Source: Squalus acanthias
Taxonomy: Eukaryota
NCBI GenBank assembly: GCA_030390025.1
Contig: CM059431.1
Coordinates: forward strand, 150,600,001-150,664,000
Reading direction: 5' to 3'
Length of the DNA: 64,000 nt
Shown here: positions 1 to 12,224 of the stretch, piece by piece
Layout of the letters: each line of letters opens with the position of its first letter
How positions within the stretch are numbered: position 1 is the stretch's first letter
Notes under the pieces: model-generated
What the model saw: the letters and a program-made list of their open reading frames with translations, nothing else
What the model was told of the DNA's origin: nothing
The model's database searches: none
Translations under genes and position numbers: made by a program

Positions 1-44
1 ACCGACGCCCCATATTTAGTTCTATTGCAGTCAGCCAAACTCAA

Positions 45-640
45 TATTAGGCGGAATATTGGCAGAACACCTCCGTTCAGTCCGTGCGCGTGACCCCGAG
101 ATTCTGGTCGCCTATCACTTTAATTCTCCACTCCACTCCCACTTTGATCTCTCCGTCCTCGGGCCTCTTACACTGTTCCAACGAAGCTCAACGTAAGCTC
201 GAGGAACAGCACCTCATCTTTCGATTCGGTACTTTACAGCCTTCTGGACTCAACATGGAGTTTAACAATTTCAGACTGCACCCTCGGCCCCGATGTTTTC
301 TTCTTTCTCTCACAGGGCAGCTGTTGATGATTCTGCCATTGCCATTTACACCTCATCGAGAATCATCTTTTTTTTCTTAACTTGACCCATTACCATTTCC
401 TTTGCACCATCATCCCTTTTGTTTTTTAAGTTCTCCTGCCTACTATCCTATCACAGAACATCCCTTTGTTCTTTCCTCCCCTCCTCCCTTTCCCTGACCC
501 ATACTTGCTTAAAAATCTGTCACTTCTCCAACTATCTTCCAGTTCTGACGAAGGGTCAACAACCTGAAACGTTAACGCTGTTTCTCTCTCCGCGATGCTG
601 CCGGACCTGTTGAGTGTTTCCAGCATTTTCTGTTTTTGTC
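45..640 (+). mobile_element. Penelope-like element 3' fragment (GIY-YIG C-terminus plus pLTR tail with hammerhead-like core)
   Basis: ORF 84-380 contains CSNEAQRKLEEQHLIFRFGTLQPSGLN, typical of PLE endonuclease C-termini. The tail ctgacgaagggtcaacaacctgaaacgttaac...tccagcattttctgttttt recurs in part near 28160-28260 and 39312-39385. Confidence 0.75.
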
Positions 641-750
641 AATGGAACTGAATATCAGGCGCTGCGAATAACGGGCGGCCGAACCGATACCGCCCGTATT
701 TCGCTAACGCCCGAAACGAATTACTCGGTCAGAGTTTTTAAAATGTAGTC

Positions 751-1092
751 TCGGGATATGGGCGTCGCTGGCAAGGCCAGCAGTGAAAGCCCATCGCTGA
801 TTGCTCCGAAACAACTCAATGGCTTTGTCGGCCACTTCAGTGGGCCTTTAAGAGTCAACGACTTTGATGTAAAACTGGAGTCACATATTGGCCAGAACGG
901 GTAAGGACGGCAAGTTTACTCCAATTCCAACAGCTTCATGATCACTTTTACTGATACCTTTTATTATTTCCAGAATGAAACTTATTTCAAAATGTCAAAC
1001 TGCAATGCTGAGATTTGTACTCGCCTTATCTGCATTATCACTCAAAACCCCTGCAGTGCTAGTTTAGCGACATAACTACTACACCACCATAC
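751..1092 (-). mobile_element. tRNA-derived SINE, degenerate reverse copy of the family at 30260-30675
   Basis: Reverse complement matches the tail (gccagcgacgcccatatccc) and core (ccgtccttaccc...tgactccag...gttgactcttaa) of the 30.3-kb copy. Confidence 0.65.
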
Positions 1093-1845
1093 CGAATACT
1101 GGCCATAATTAAATTCTTGGTAGCACGATGGTGCTCTCAAAGGCACTTTGAAATATTTCTTCGGACACTAAGTGAAGCAAGGCTGAAAAGATCAGGCGCT
1201 TTCTCTATCACCTCCTACTGTAACGTTATTGAAATTGCTGATGATTACAATTTGAGTTATTTCCCAACTATATGATGATGCGGACTAGATTGACCATTTT
1301 GTGCAAAATCATGTAGCTTCTCGAAGCACATTGCGGTCCGTTAATTGTCATGACCCCAGCAGGTAACTTAACTTCGCTGCAGAACTTTGAAAGCGGTGGG
1401 AATATTGGGCGTAATTTTAACTTTAACATATAATGAAAGTAAAGGGGGGAATAGCAGGCTTGATCACTGGGTACGCGCTCAGTCGTTATTAGTTATGGAA
1501 CAGACTAATCTGAAAGGAGCTGGTTAATACAGGGGCGGGGGTATAATTTAACTCACGGCCGTGGTGCTAAATGGTCGACATGGGATTAGCCGCCCCTTTT
1601 ACACTTAGCCCCAATTTCCTTTTACAGTGAAGTAAATGTTACGGAAAATCGGGCGTGGCGTCGTCCAAAACTAAAATTACCCTCAGGTTCCACAATACCA
1701 GTTTAATTCAGCTTGTTTAATGCCCAGATCTCTGTTTTCAAGGAAGGATTATGTGATCAAGTTGTAAATTACTGTGATTATTCACCCTGTGTGAGTGAGG
1801 CTAATCAACAATTTCTGGATTATTTTCTCTCTCTCATTCTCACAG

Positions 1846-2747
1846 TTACCCTGCTGGCAATTGTCATCTTATGGAGAGGAAAGTGCGGTCTATCCAAATG
1901 CGTCACTCGCTACCTGGTGGCCATGGGAATAGCAGATCTGACCATCGTTATCCTTTATGTAATACTGTGGCAGATTAATCGTATTTACTTCTTCTTTACT
2001 CCCTTGTTGTACAGTCCGCAGTGCGCCGTCCATTTGGTCTTGTGCTGTACGGCCCTGGATTGCTCCGTCTGGTTCACGGTCGCTTTCACCTTTGATCGGT
2101 TTGTTTCCATCTGTTGCCATGAGTTCAAAAGGAAATATTGCACCGAGAAAATCGCGGCTGCTGTCATTTCGACGTTGTACGTGCTGTTGTGTTTCAAAAA
2201 TGTTCGGCTTTATTTTTCACATGGTGCTGATTACAGTCAGTGTTTGCCGAAACAATGTTTTGCTGCTGTAAACAAATGGCAAATATTTGACTGGGTTGAC
2301 AGTATATTAAACCCATTAATACCCTTCGCGTTGATTCTGTTGCTAAACGCGGCGACTGTCAGATACATTCTAGTGGCCAGTAGAGGGCGCAAAGGACTCC
2401 GCTCTCAAGGCAATGATGACACGGGCAATGATCCAGAGATGGCAAGGCGACGCAAGTCGATGATCCTGCTCTTCGCTATTTCGGCAAATTTTGTACTGCT
2501 GTGGGCGCCGCATATCGTGATATTCTTTTCACGGAAACAATACACTTTGGAGAACTTACTTCTTGTCCTCAAAGAAATTTCTCAGATGCTCCAGCTTTTC
2601 AGCTGTTGTACAAACACCTGTATTTATGCGCTGACTCAGACGAAATTCCGAGAGGAGGTGAGAAATGCGGCGAAATTCGCGTTCACTGCAATTGGTAAAT
2701 TAAAGAATAAAACTGACCAACGGACTGGGCTGCCTGATCAGAATTAA
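1846..2747 (+). CDS. GPR139-like class A GPCR, main coding exon (TM1 end to C-terminus)
   Basis: Polypyrimidine acceptor ...ctctcattctcacag ends at 1845. Protein reads VTLLAIVILWRGKCGLSKCVTRYLVAMGIADL...SVWFTVAFTFDRFVSICC...DPEMARRRKSMILLF...LFSCCTNTCIY, with seven hydrophobic segments. AATAAA at 2821 and 2878. The ORF-track N-terminus (1713-1845) is probably intron. Confidence 0.88.
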
Positions 2748-3362
2748 AGCTCAGATACCAGTCTTAATATGACGGGCGGAATTGTGTTATATCAAATTTA
2801 AAACATACGGTGTATTCAACAATAAAGCTTTTTTAAGTTACATCAAAATACATAATTTTCTGTCATAAGACTATCGCAATAAAGTACTCTCCCAAGTTGC
2901 ACAAGAAAAGAACATCAGTATTACTGCTAGCATATAAATGGAGCCGCACTTTATGCATTGGCTCTAACTAGCAGTTTAGTGGTTATCACCGAGTTAAAAT
3001 TAGAAAGCTGTAGAGTTATGATTAATGCAGAGAAATTTTACAGCAATACATCAGGTTCCTTCAGCTGACAATAGCGATACTCTCTAAGCTCAAGAAGCGA
3101 AAATGAGTTGGGGGTTCACTGCATGAAGAGTCGTTGTTCTCAGACTCCTCCCGGATAGAATAGTGTGAAGTTGTGGAAGGACTCGCCGGCTGATACAACA
3201 TGACGTGGGCGCTCTTTCCATGACCCTAAATGTCTTTATGCCAGTCGATAGGGATGCTCAGTCCTATGCTGTGGGTGCATTGTGAAGGCCTCCGCAACAA
3301 CATAGAATGAATGGGGTGGGGGGCTTATTCCCATCCAGACGTGAGTATCGAACTGGTTGACA

Positions 3363-3725
3363 ATCACTGACTCTGTGTATTGTGGGTACGGTGTCTCTCT
3401 CACTGGACATTGTGTTTGCATGGTCACTGAACCTGGACATTGTGGATACAGTGTCACTGACCCTGGGCATTGGGGTACAGGTTCACTGACTCTGGGCATT
3501 GTGGGTTAGGTCACTGACCCTGTGCATTGTGGGCACAGGTATAAAGGTGACTCTGTGTATAAAGTGGGAGTACACTCTCGGGGCAAAATAGTACGAGTTT
3601 TGTATTGTAACTGCCCTGGGAGTTTTCAACGCGGACATTGGGTAAAAATGTTCACGGAACCTGGGCATTGAGGGTAAGGCCATTGACCCTTGGCATTGTG
3701 GGTGATGTTTCACTGACACAGGGCT
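3363..3725 (+). repeat. Degenerate ~30-bp tandem repeat (gtcactgaccctgggcattgtgggtacag)
   Basis: Several diverged consecutive units, clearest at 3423-3540. Confidence 0.7.
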
Positions 3726-4029
3726 GCAGACTGGGCCCACAATTTATTGTGCTTAAGTTCCATAGGGTGATTATAGCCTCCTGTAGGTGTTTGATTTTAA
3801 AAGGAGTTTGAGCTCTGAATCTTCCTCTTTCCACACCCTGCTGTGAAGTTCCCAGCAAAGTGGGCCCAGGAATACCTGGAACAGACTGCAGAGAAACTGT
3901 GGCTGGGGGAACCCGAGCTGGAGCTGGGTCAGGAGCAGATATGGTAGGGAGCGGGGATAGGGAGGGAGTAACTGTGGTAATCTGAGGGTAATGTGCAGGG
4001 AGCTCTGTATTTTACCTGCCCTGGGAGCC

Positions 4030-7000
4030 TTCCATGCTGACCCTTTGTATAAAGGACAGAAAAAATGGAAAAGGTGGGGTGGGTTGTTCTGATAATAAAG
4101 GATGGTATAAGGACAGTATTGAGGAAGGAGCTTGGCTCGGAAGAGCAGGAAGTAGAATCAATATCGCTGGAGAAATGAAATAACAAGGGGCAGAAAACAC
4201 AACTGGGCGTATTAGCTATTCTGTATTAATCAAGAAATAAGAGGACCTTGTAACAACGGTAATCAAATAATTTTGAGGTTCTTTAATCTTCATATAGACT
4301 GGACAAATCAAATTGGCAAATGTAGTTTGGTGGACGCGTTCTGGAATGCATTCAAGGCAGTTTCCAAGAACAAGTCTTCATAGAAGCAGACAGGGAAGAG
4401 TCTATCTTAGATTTTGTCTCGTGTACTGAGACAGGGTTAAGTAGTAATCTCACAGTCAGTGACCTTATGGGGAAGATTGATCATAATATGTGAGAATTTC
4501 ACATTGAGTTCGAGAGTGATGCACTTAATTCCGAAAATTGAGTATTAAACTTAAATAGAGCTAGTTACATAGCTATTCACAATATATATTAATGATCTAG
4601 ACGAGGGATTTGGATGTAATATCTCCAACTTTGCAGACGACACAAAGCTGTGTGGGAGTGTGTGCCGTGAGGAGGATGCTGATAAACTCCAGTATGATTT
4701 GGACAGGTTGGGTGATTGGGCAGAAGCATGGCAGACGCAATATAATGTGGATAAATGCGAGGTTATCCACTTTGGTGTCAAAAACAGGAAGTGAGATTAT
4801 TATCTGAATGGCAATAGATTGGGAGAAGGGGAAGTGCAACGAGACCTGGGTGTCCTTGTGCACCAGTCGCTGAAGGTAAGCATGCAGGTGCAGCAGGCGG
4901 TTAAGAAGGCAAATGGTATGTTGGCCTCGTAATGAAAGGGTTCGAGTACAGGAGCAAGGATGTCTTGCTGCAGTTGTACAGGGCCTTGCTGAGACCACAT
5001 CTTGAGTATTGTGTGCAGTTTTGGTCGCCTTATCTGAGGAAGGATGTTCTTGCCATGGAGGGAGTGCAGCGAAGATTCACCAGGCTATTACATGGGTTGG
5101 AAGAAATGACGTATGAGGAGAGATTGGGTCGATTGGGCTTATACTCGCTGGAGCTTAGAAGAATGAGAGGGGATCTCATTGAAACTTATAAAATTCTAAC
5201 AGGACTAGACAGACTAGATGCAGGAAGAATGTTCCCGAGGTCCGGGGAGTCCAGAACCAGGGGTCACAGTCTAAGGATAAGGGGTAAGCCATTTAGGACT
5301 GAGATGAGGAGGAATTTCTTCACCAAGAGAGTGGTGAACCTGTGGAATTCTCTACCACAGAAGGCAGTAGAGGCCAATTCATTAAATATATTCAAGAAGG
5401 AGTTAGATATATTTCTTAAAGCTAAAGGGATCAAGGGATATGGGGAGAAAGCAGGGAGAGGGTACTGAATTTGGATGATCAGCCATGATCTCATTGAATG
5501 GCGGAGCAGGCTCGATGGGCTGAATGGCCTGCTCCTGCTCCTATCTTCTATGTTTCTATGTTTCTATGTATGAGGAGCGAGTTGGCTAAGCTAGATTTGT
5601 AAATTAGATGAAAATGTATGATGGTAGATAAGCAATCATTAAAATTTAACGAAATATTTCTTAATTCTGAAAGCTTATACATTCCATTGCAAAATAAAAA
5701 CTCCACTGGAAAAGTGATCTATCCGTGGCTAACTCAAATGGTTAAGGATAGTATTATATTGAAAGAAGAGGCTTTTAATTTTGTCCAGAAAAGTAGTAAG
5801 CCTGAGGATTGGTAGAGTTTTGGAAACCAGCAAATGATGACCAAAAATTGATGAAGAGGGCGAAAATAGAACATGAGAGTAAATTAGCAAGAAATATAAA
5901 AACAGATTTTAAGAGCTTCTACAAGCATGTCAAAAGTGAGAGAGTATCAAACGTGGGAACTTTAGAGGCTGAGACACGAGAAATATAATGGGAAATAAGG
6001 AAATAGCAGAGATGTTAAACAAATATTTTGTATCTACCTTCACAGTAGAAGATACAAAAACATACCAGAAATAGTGCAGAGCCACGGGTCTAATGAGAGT
6101 GAGGAACTTAATGTAGCTAATATTTGTACAGAAAAAGTAATGGAGAAATTAATGGGACTAAATGCCGATATGTCCCCTGGACCTGATGGCCTACATGCTA
6201 GTGTTCCGAAGGAGGTGGCTGCAGAGATAGTGGATACATTGGTTCTGATCTTCCAAAGTTCCCTTGATTCTGGAATGGTCGCAGTAGATTCGAAGGTAGC
6301 AAATGTAACCCCACTATTCAAGTAGGAGGGACACAGAAAACAGCGAACTGCAGGCCAGTTAACCTGACATCAGTCGTCGGGAAAATGCTGGAATCCAAAA
6401 TTAAGGAAGTGGTAACAGGTCACTTAGAAAATGATAACATAATTAGGCAGAGTCAATATGGTTTTATGCAAGGGATATCCTATTAGATAAATTTATTTGA
6501 GATTGTTGAGGATCTAACTCGCAGGGTTGATAAAGTGGAACCAGTGGAGGTTGTATATTTGGATTTCCAAAAGGCATTCGAGAACGTGCCGTGTTAAAGG
6601 TTGCTATGCAAAATAAGGGATAATGGGATTGGGGGTAACATATTAGCATGGATAGAGGATTGGTTAACGGACAGAGAGTAGGTATAAATGGGTCATTTTG
6701 CTGTGGGCAGGCTGTAACTAGGGGTGGGGGGGGTGGGTGCTGCAAGGATCACTGCTTGGGCCTCAGCTATTTACAATCTATATTAAGAGACAGTGTACAA
6801 TGTATCCAAGTTTGCTGACGCTCCAAAGCTAGGTGGGAAAGTAAGCTGCGAGGAGGACGCAAAGAGCCTGCAAAGGGTTATAGACAGGTTAAGTGAGTGG
6901 GCAATAAGTTTGCAGATGGAGTTTAATGTGAGGAAATGTGAGGTTATTCACTTTGGTAGGAAGAATAGAAAACTGAATATATGTTGGTGTTCTGAGAGAC

Positions 7001-7716
7001 TTAGTTGTCCACATACAGGAAGCACAGAAATTTAGCATGCAGGTGCAGCAAGTAATTGGGAAGGCAAATGGCGTGCTGGCCTTTATTGAAAGGGGTTTGG
7101 AGTACAAGTGTAAGGCTGTCTTACTACAATTGTACAGGGCCTTGATGAGACTACACCTGGAGTACTGTGCACAGTTTTGGTCTCCTAATTTGAAAATGGG
7201 CATACATGCCTTAGAGGTGGTGCAACGAAGGTTCAGTGGATTGTTCCCTGTGATTAGAGGGATCTCCGATAAGGAGGGATTGAGTAGATTGAGCCTATAC
7301 TCTATGGACTTTAGAAAAATGCGAGGTGATCTAATTGAAAAAGATAAGATTATGTGGGGGATTGACAGGGTAGATGCTGAGAGGTTGTTTCCCCTGGCTG
7401 GAGAGTCAAGAACTAGGGGGCATTGTCGCAGCAAATGTGATCGGCCATTGAAGACTGAGATGAGGAGGAATTTCTTCACTCAGAGGGTTGTGAATCTTTG
7501 GAATTCTCCACCCAAAGGGCTGTGGATGTTGAGTCATTGAATATATTCAAGGCTGAGAAAGATAGATTTTTGGACTCTAGGTGAATCAAGGGAAAAGGGG
7601 ATCGGGCGGGAAAATGGAGTTGAGTTCGAAGATCAGCCATTAACTAATTTGAATGGTGGAGCAGGCTCGAAGGACCGTATGGCCTACTGCTGCTCCTAAT
7701 CCTTATGGTCTTTTGT
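4030..7716 (+). mobile_element. Degenerate CR1 LINE (endonuclease through RT and 3' UTR), interrupted at 4571-5568
   Basis: ORF2 motifs SPGPDGLH, ANVTPLFK, SKFADAPKLGG, HLEYCAQFWSP, RVVNLWNS, with many stops and frameshifts. Confidence 0.9.
4571..5568 (+). mobile_element. 5'-truncated CR1 LINE nested in the older CR1
   Basis: Begins in QLFTIYINDLD, includes ORF 4932-5468 and ends in a (tatgtttc)n tail. The host element resumes at atgaggagcgagttggctaag. Confidence 0.9.
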
Positions 7717-7729
7717 TTAATCCCCTATG

Positions 7730-8070
7730 ACCACGCACCTCCCTATCTATGTAACGTCCTCCAGCCCTACAACCCGCCTAGATCCCTGAACACCAATTCT
7801 GACCGCTTGCGCCTCCCCAATTTAAAGAATCCACAATTGGTGGCAGTGACTTCAGCTGGCTAAGCCCAAAGCTCTGTAATTCCCTTCCTAAACCTGGCCA
7901 CCTCTCCACCTCTCTTTCCTCCTTCTAGACGCTCCTTAAATCCTACCTTTGCCTGTCCAAATATCTCCTTTTGTGGCTCGGTGTCAAATTTTATTTTATA
8001 ATGCTACTGTGAAGCACAATGGGACGTTTTATCACATTGAAGGCGCCATATAAATGCAACGTGTTTTTGT
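7730..8070 (+). mobile_element. L2-like LINE 3' end
   Basis: ctccagccctacaaccc...aagctctgtaattccct...aaggcgccatataaatgcaa. A reverse copy lies at 62678-63050 and the tail is shared with the DeuSINE copies. Confidence 0.6.
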
Positions 8071-8624
8071 AGTGGTAAACTGAAGTGTCTGTCTTAGTAC
8101 TATTAAAGAAAAAACGATTAAAAAAAAGTCCTATAGAGCAGGGCCTCCCAAGATGTTACTTTGTAACGAAGAAGTGATAAATTAAGAAGCTCTTTTCCTG
8201 AATATTCAATATTAAAAGGATCAAGCAGTATTTTGAGGGAATTTATCCCCTTTCTAAATTGTCGAGACATCGACGTGAGGGAACACTGGTGAAATCTTGA
8301 CATGGTTGGATTTTAAAGGCCTGAAGATTTTAAATGGCCTGTTCAGTAAAGATCAGATATTCTAATGGCCTGGAAAGGAAAGAGTTTGAGGGGAAGGATG
8401 GCCGAAGAATGTTGATTTTAACACAGGAAGGATGGAGAATGACAAACGGCATATAGGAAAGCGTACACTGGTGTTATAAGGGAAAACAGTGGGGAGGGAA
8501 GTTCAGACAATACCAATATTGTTCATCTAAGGGGAGGCAGCGAAAATTTCCAGGAGGATGCTATAGATCAGAGAGAGGCAACGATCAAACTAAAAACTTT
8601 TCTTATTTCGAGTTCTTATTTCGA

Positions 8625-8886
8625 TGGAATATAATGTGGAGTAATGTGAAGTTATCGACTTTGGTAGGAAAAATGAAGAACAGATTATTTTTTAAATGTT
8701 GAGCGATTGGGAAATGTTGATGTTCAGAGGGACCTGGGTGTCCTTGTACACGAATCACTCCAGTCTGAAAAACAGCCATTTACCACAACTCGCTGTTTTC
8801 TGTCCTTAAGCCAATTTCTAACCAAGCTGCCACTGACCCACCTATTCCATGAGCCTCAATTTTGTTAACCAGCCTTCTGTGTGGTA
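8625..8886. mobile_element. Two short CR1 RT fragments in opposite orientations
   Basis: 8625-8760 (+) MEYNVE*CEVIDFGR...QRDLGVLV; 8760-8886 (-) resembles the AHGIGG...RKQRVVVNG region. Confidence 0.7.
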
Positions 8887-10020
8887 GTACAATTCAGGTA
8901 AAAATAGCCAAGGTATTCGGGAGGCCATTTACGATGAGCTACAGATAGCGATTGAAGGACCTCTGAGCGAGGAGTTAAGCATGGGATTCGGCAAATTACT
9001 GTGTTACAATAACCAGCAATAGAATTTCGCAGAATCGACTCAAAGGGTTTGTAGAATATATTATAAAAGTCTATTTCAGGAGACCTCTGAACACCCAGAT
9101 AGGAATCAACGCATTAGGGACGGGACGAGGGACATAAAGCGAGAAATTGTCATCTATTGAAGAGGAGATAACATCGATTATAAAATGCAGAAGCTACAAT
9201 TCGATATGGATACTTCTATCATGTTCAGATATGTCCCCATTTATATCGGCACAGCTCTGACACAGATGTATTTAAGCACGTGTATAATCTTGAGAAAAAG
9301 TTATTAAACAGGGCGAGTAAGCTTGGCAATTTTCCATATCTGGAAGTCACCAGATAACAAAGCTGTTTACCGCAGAAGCAACTTTTCAGAGGTCAGCTTG
9401 TAAATTCCAAGATTTAATCTATCCAGTACTGTGTAAACATTCATAAAGCACAAAGTCCACAGCTGGTTTACTCAAGGAGCTGGGAGACTTAAACAGGGTG
9501 CAGCTCTGTCCTTATACCAAACGGTTGTAGTTTACGTGAAACTTCCTTCTGTGGATCATGTATTAATAATATTTTTATACCTTTGGTCTTCTCATAGTTA
9601 ACGTTGACTCGATATCTGAAGTTTGTATTTCAAAACCGGCTACAAATCTTACAGCTAGGTCATGCTAATCTTACGGTTGCCATAGAGTCCGCTGTATTGG
9701 CATGCCCTGTAGTTATATATTAACTACAGCGTGTGTTATCAGGAGAACATGACCTTCATGTCCTAATTTGATTATGCTTAGTTTGCTTTAAAAATTAAAT
9801 CAGGAACAATTAATGACAAAGCTCATGCTCAGTCGTTTCTGAAAACATGAAAACTATTTATATTACATTTTCTGGGAACAGGATATACTGCGTTTACTGA
9901 TATTAAGTGGACGGGCCATTCAGGCTGTGGCAGAAGACTGTCACTGATTTCAATGGAAATAAAAATAAAACCGGTAGAGAATTAAAACATCTCGCTATCA
10001 CCCGTTTTATACTTAAAACA

Positions 10021-10455
10021 TTGCATTTATATAGCGCCTTTCACGACCACCAGCCGTTTCAAAGCGCTTTGCAGCCAATGAAGTATTATTTGGAGTGCAG
10101 TCACTGTTGCAATGTAGCCAACCCGGCAGCCAATTCGCGCACAGCAAACTCCCACAAATAGCAATGTGATAATGACAACGTAATCTGTTTTTGTTATGTT
10201 GATTGAGAGATAAATATTGGCCAGAATACCGGGGATGACTCCCCTGCTCTTCTTCGAAATAGTGCCAGGGGATCTTTTACGTCCACCTGAGAGAGCAGAC
10301 GGGGCCTCGGTTTAATGTTTCATCCGAAGACAGCACCTCCGACGGCGCGGCACTCCTTCAGTGCTGCACTGTTGTGTCAGCCTAGGATTTTGTGCTTAAA
10401 CCCATGACCTTCTGACTCAGAGGCGACAGTGCTACCCATTCAGCCGCAGCTGACA
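10021..10455 (-). mobile_element. DeuSINE (SacSINE1/AmnSINE-like), near full length
   Basis: Reverse complement has a tRNA-like head, the Deu core (ggaggtgctgtcttcggatgaaacattaaaccgaggccccgtctgc) and the tail aaaggcgctatataaatgcaa. Confidence 0.85.
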
Positions 10456-10484
10456 CTTGTGCACAAGGTCTAGATCTACCCCCA

Positions 10485-11105
10485 ATGCGTCTCTCTATCT
10501 CCCATTCACTCGCTCCTTCTCAATCTTGTTTCTCTCTCCTTACCTCTTGCGCTGTCTCTCTTTCCTTTTCTAACTTTCTTTCTTGTATTCGATTGGCTGC
10601 CGTCACTCTTACATTCACTCATGCTGCACACGTCAAATCCTCTCTCTTTCACCTTTCCCCTCCTTCCTCCACATGTGTGTCTTCTGCCTCTGATCCACTC
10701 TCTTTATTCACGTTTCCTTTTGCAAACACGGTTCACCTTTATTCTGCCACAGACCTTCTGTCTGTCTGATGTACGCCAACTATTCACACTTTGCTCGTTT
10801 CTAGTTCCCTCTCTCTCTCGTTCACATTATACGTTCTTTTTTCCCGTGCTCTCCCTCGCCCTTCCTCACTGTTTCCCTTTTCTACATCAGGCTCTTGCAC
10901 TTTCCCATTCCCTCTTTCGTTCATTGATTTGGTCTTCCGACTTGCCCTCTTTCCTCATTTACTTTAATCGCTTTCCTCCTGTCCGCACTTCCTTTATTTC
11001 CTCTTCCCTCCTTTCAATCTCCCCTGTGTCTCTTGTTTAATTTCTCCCAGTCTCTCGTTTCCTCTCTCTCCTTGTCTCTTTTATGTTCATTTCTTCCTTA
11101 CTCTC
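10485..11105. repeat. CT-rich low-complexity polypyrimidine tract
   Basis: Strongly C/T-biased sequence. The overlapping S/L/F-rich ORFs are compositional artefacts. Confidence 0.75.
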
Positions 11106-11669
11106 CAGTACACGGCCAACTTCCCTGCTGTCTTTCAATAATACCGTGGGACTTTTGGACATTATCTAAAAAATCAGCCTGGACCTCATTCTAACAATAC
11201 ATCGGTAAGATGCAGTTCCGGTAGAGTAGCAATCCCTCAGTGTCAGACAAGAATATGTGCTCGGGTCTCTGGAGTGGGCTCCGAAAACAGCACCATTTGG
11301 CTCAGTGGTACCATTGCTGACTCCTAAATGTGAAACATTTAAAAAGGCCATTTATTGGTCAATTTTGATTGTTGTGTTATTCTTGGAGATCACCACGGCT
11401 TCTGTTTCATTGCTAAATGGTGATCAGACTACACTTCAGGTGTGATAATTGTACCCACTTACAGCAGGAAAGTTTTACTCGCTCTTTGTACTGCTCGTGG
11501 AAGTCAGTCAGCTATTGTCCGTGCCTGTTTTATTTCCCCACAAATAGGGATGTGTAAACACAGTCATCATCTGTGGATGTTGGATCCATTGGCAGAAGCC
11601 GCAGCATTTGCTCCCCTGTCTTTATCTTCAGGAAACAGGCACTAGTGTCAATTTCTGCCAAATCCGTGC

Positions 11670-12220
11670 TCCAGGTACAGGAAGTCATCAAAAAGACTAA
11701 TGGACCACTGGCCTTTTTATCTACAGAACTAGAATACAAGGGGGCAGACGTTATGCTGCAGCTATACAAAACACTGGTTAGACCACACTTGGAGTACTGT
11801 GAACATTCCTGGGCAGCATACCTTAGGAAGGCTATATAGGCCTTGGACGGAGACCAGCATAGGTTTACAAGAATGATACACGGAATCCAAGGTTTAAATT
11901 ACGATTACACAACCTAGGGTTGTAATCCGTAGAATTTAGAAGGTTAAGGGGTGGTTTGACTGAAGTTTTCAAGATATTAATCGGAACAGATAAGGTAGAT
12001 AGAGAGTAAGTTAGAAGTTTGAAACTCTCTTCCACAAACGGTAATTGATGCGAGATCAATTGTTAATTTTAAAGCTGAGATTGAAAGGTTTTTGTTAATT
12101 AAAGGTATATTGCGAAATGGACCAAAGTTGGGTATATGCAGTTAGGTCGCAGATCAGCCATGACCTCATTGAATGGCTGAACAGGCTCGAGAGGCTAAAT
12201 GGACTACTCCTGTTCATATG
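11670..12220 (+). mobile_element. CR1 LINE 3' fragment
   Basis: LQLYKTLVRPHLEYC motif and CR1 3' UTR (gatcagccatgacctcattgaatggc). Confidence 0.85.
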
Positions 12221-12224
12221 TACC

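Noticed and set aside
1713..1845. N-terminal 44 aa of the 344-aa GPCR ORF
   Set aside because: TTG start, and it runs through a clear polypyrimidine acceptor; most likely intron.
10485..11040. ORFs of 94 and 139 aa
   Set aside because: CT-rich low-complexity sequence that lacks stops by composition.
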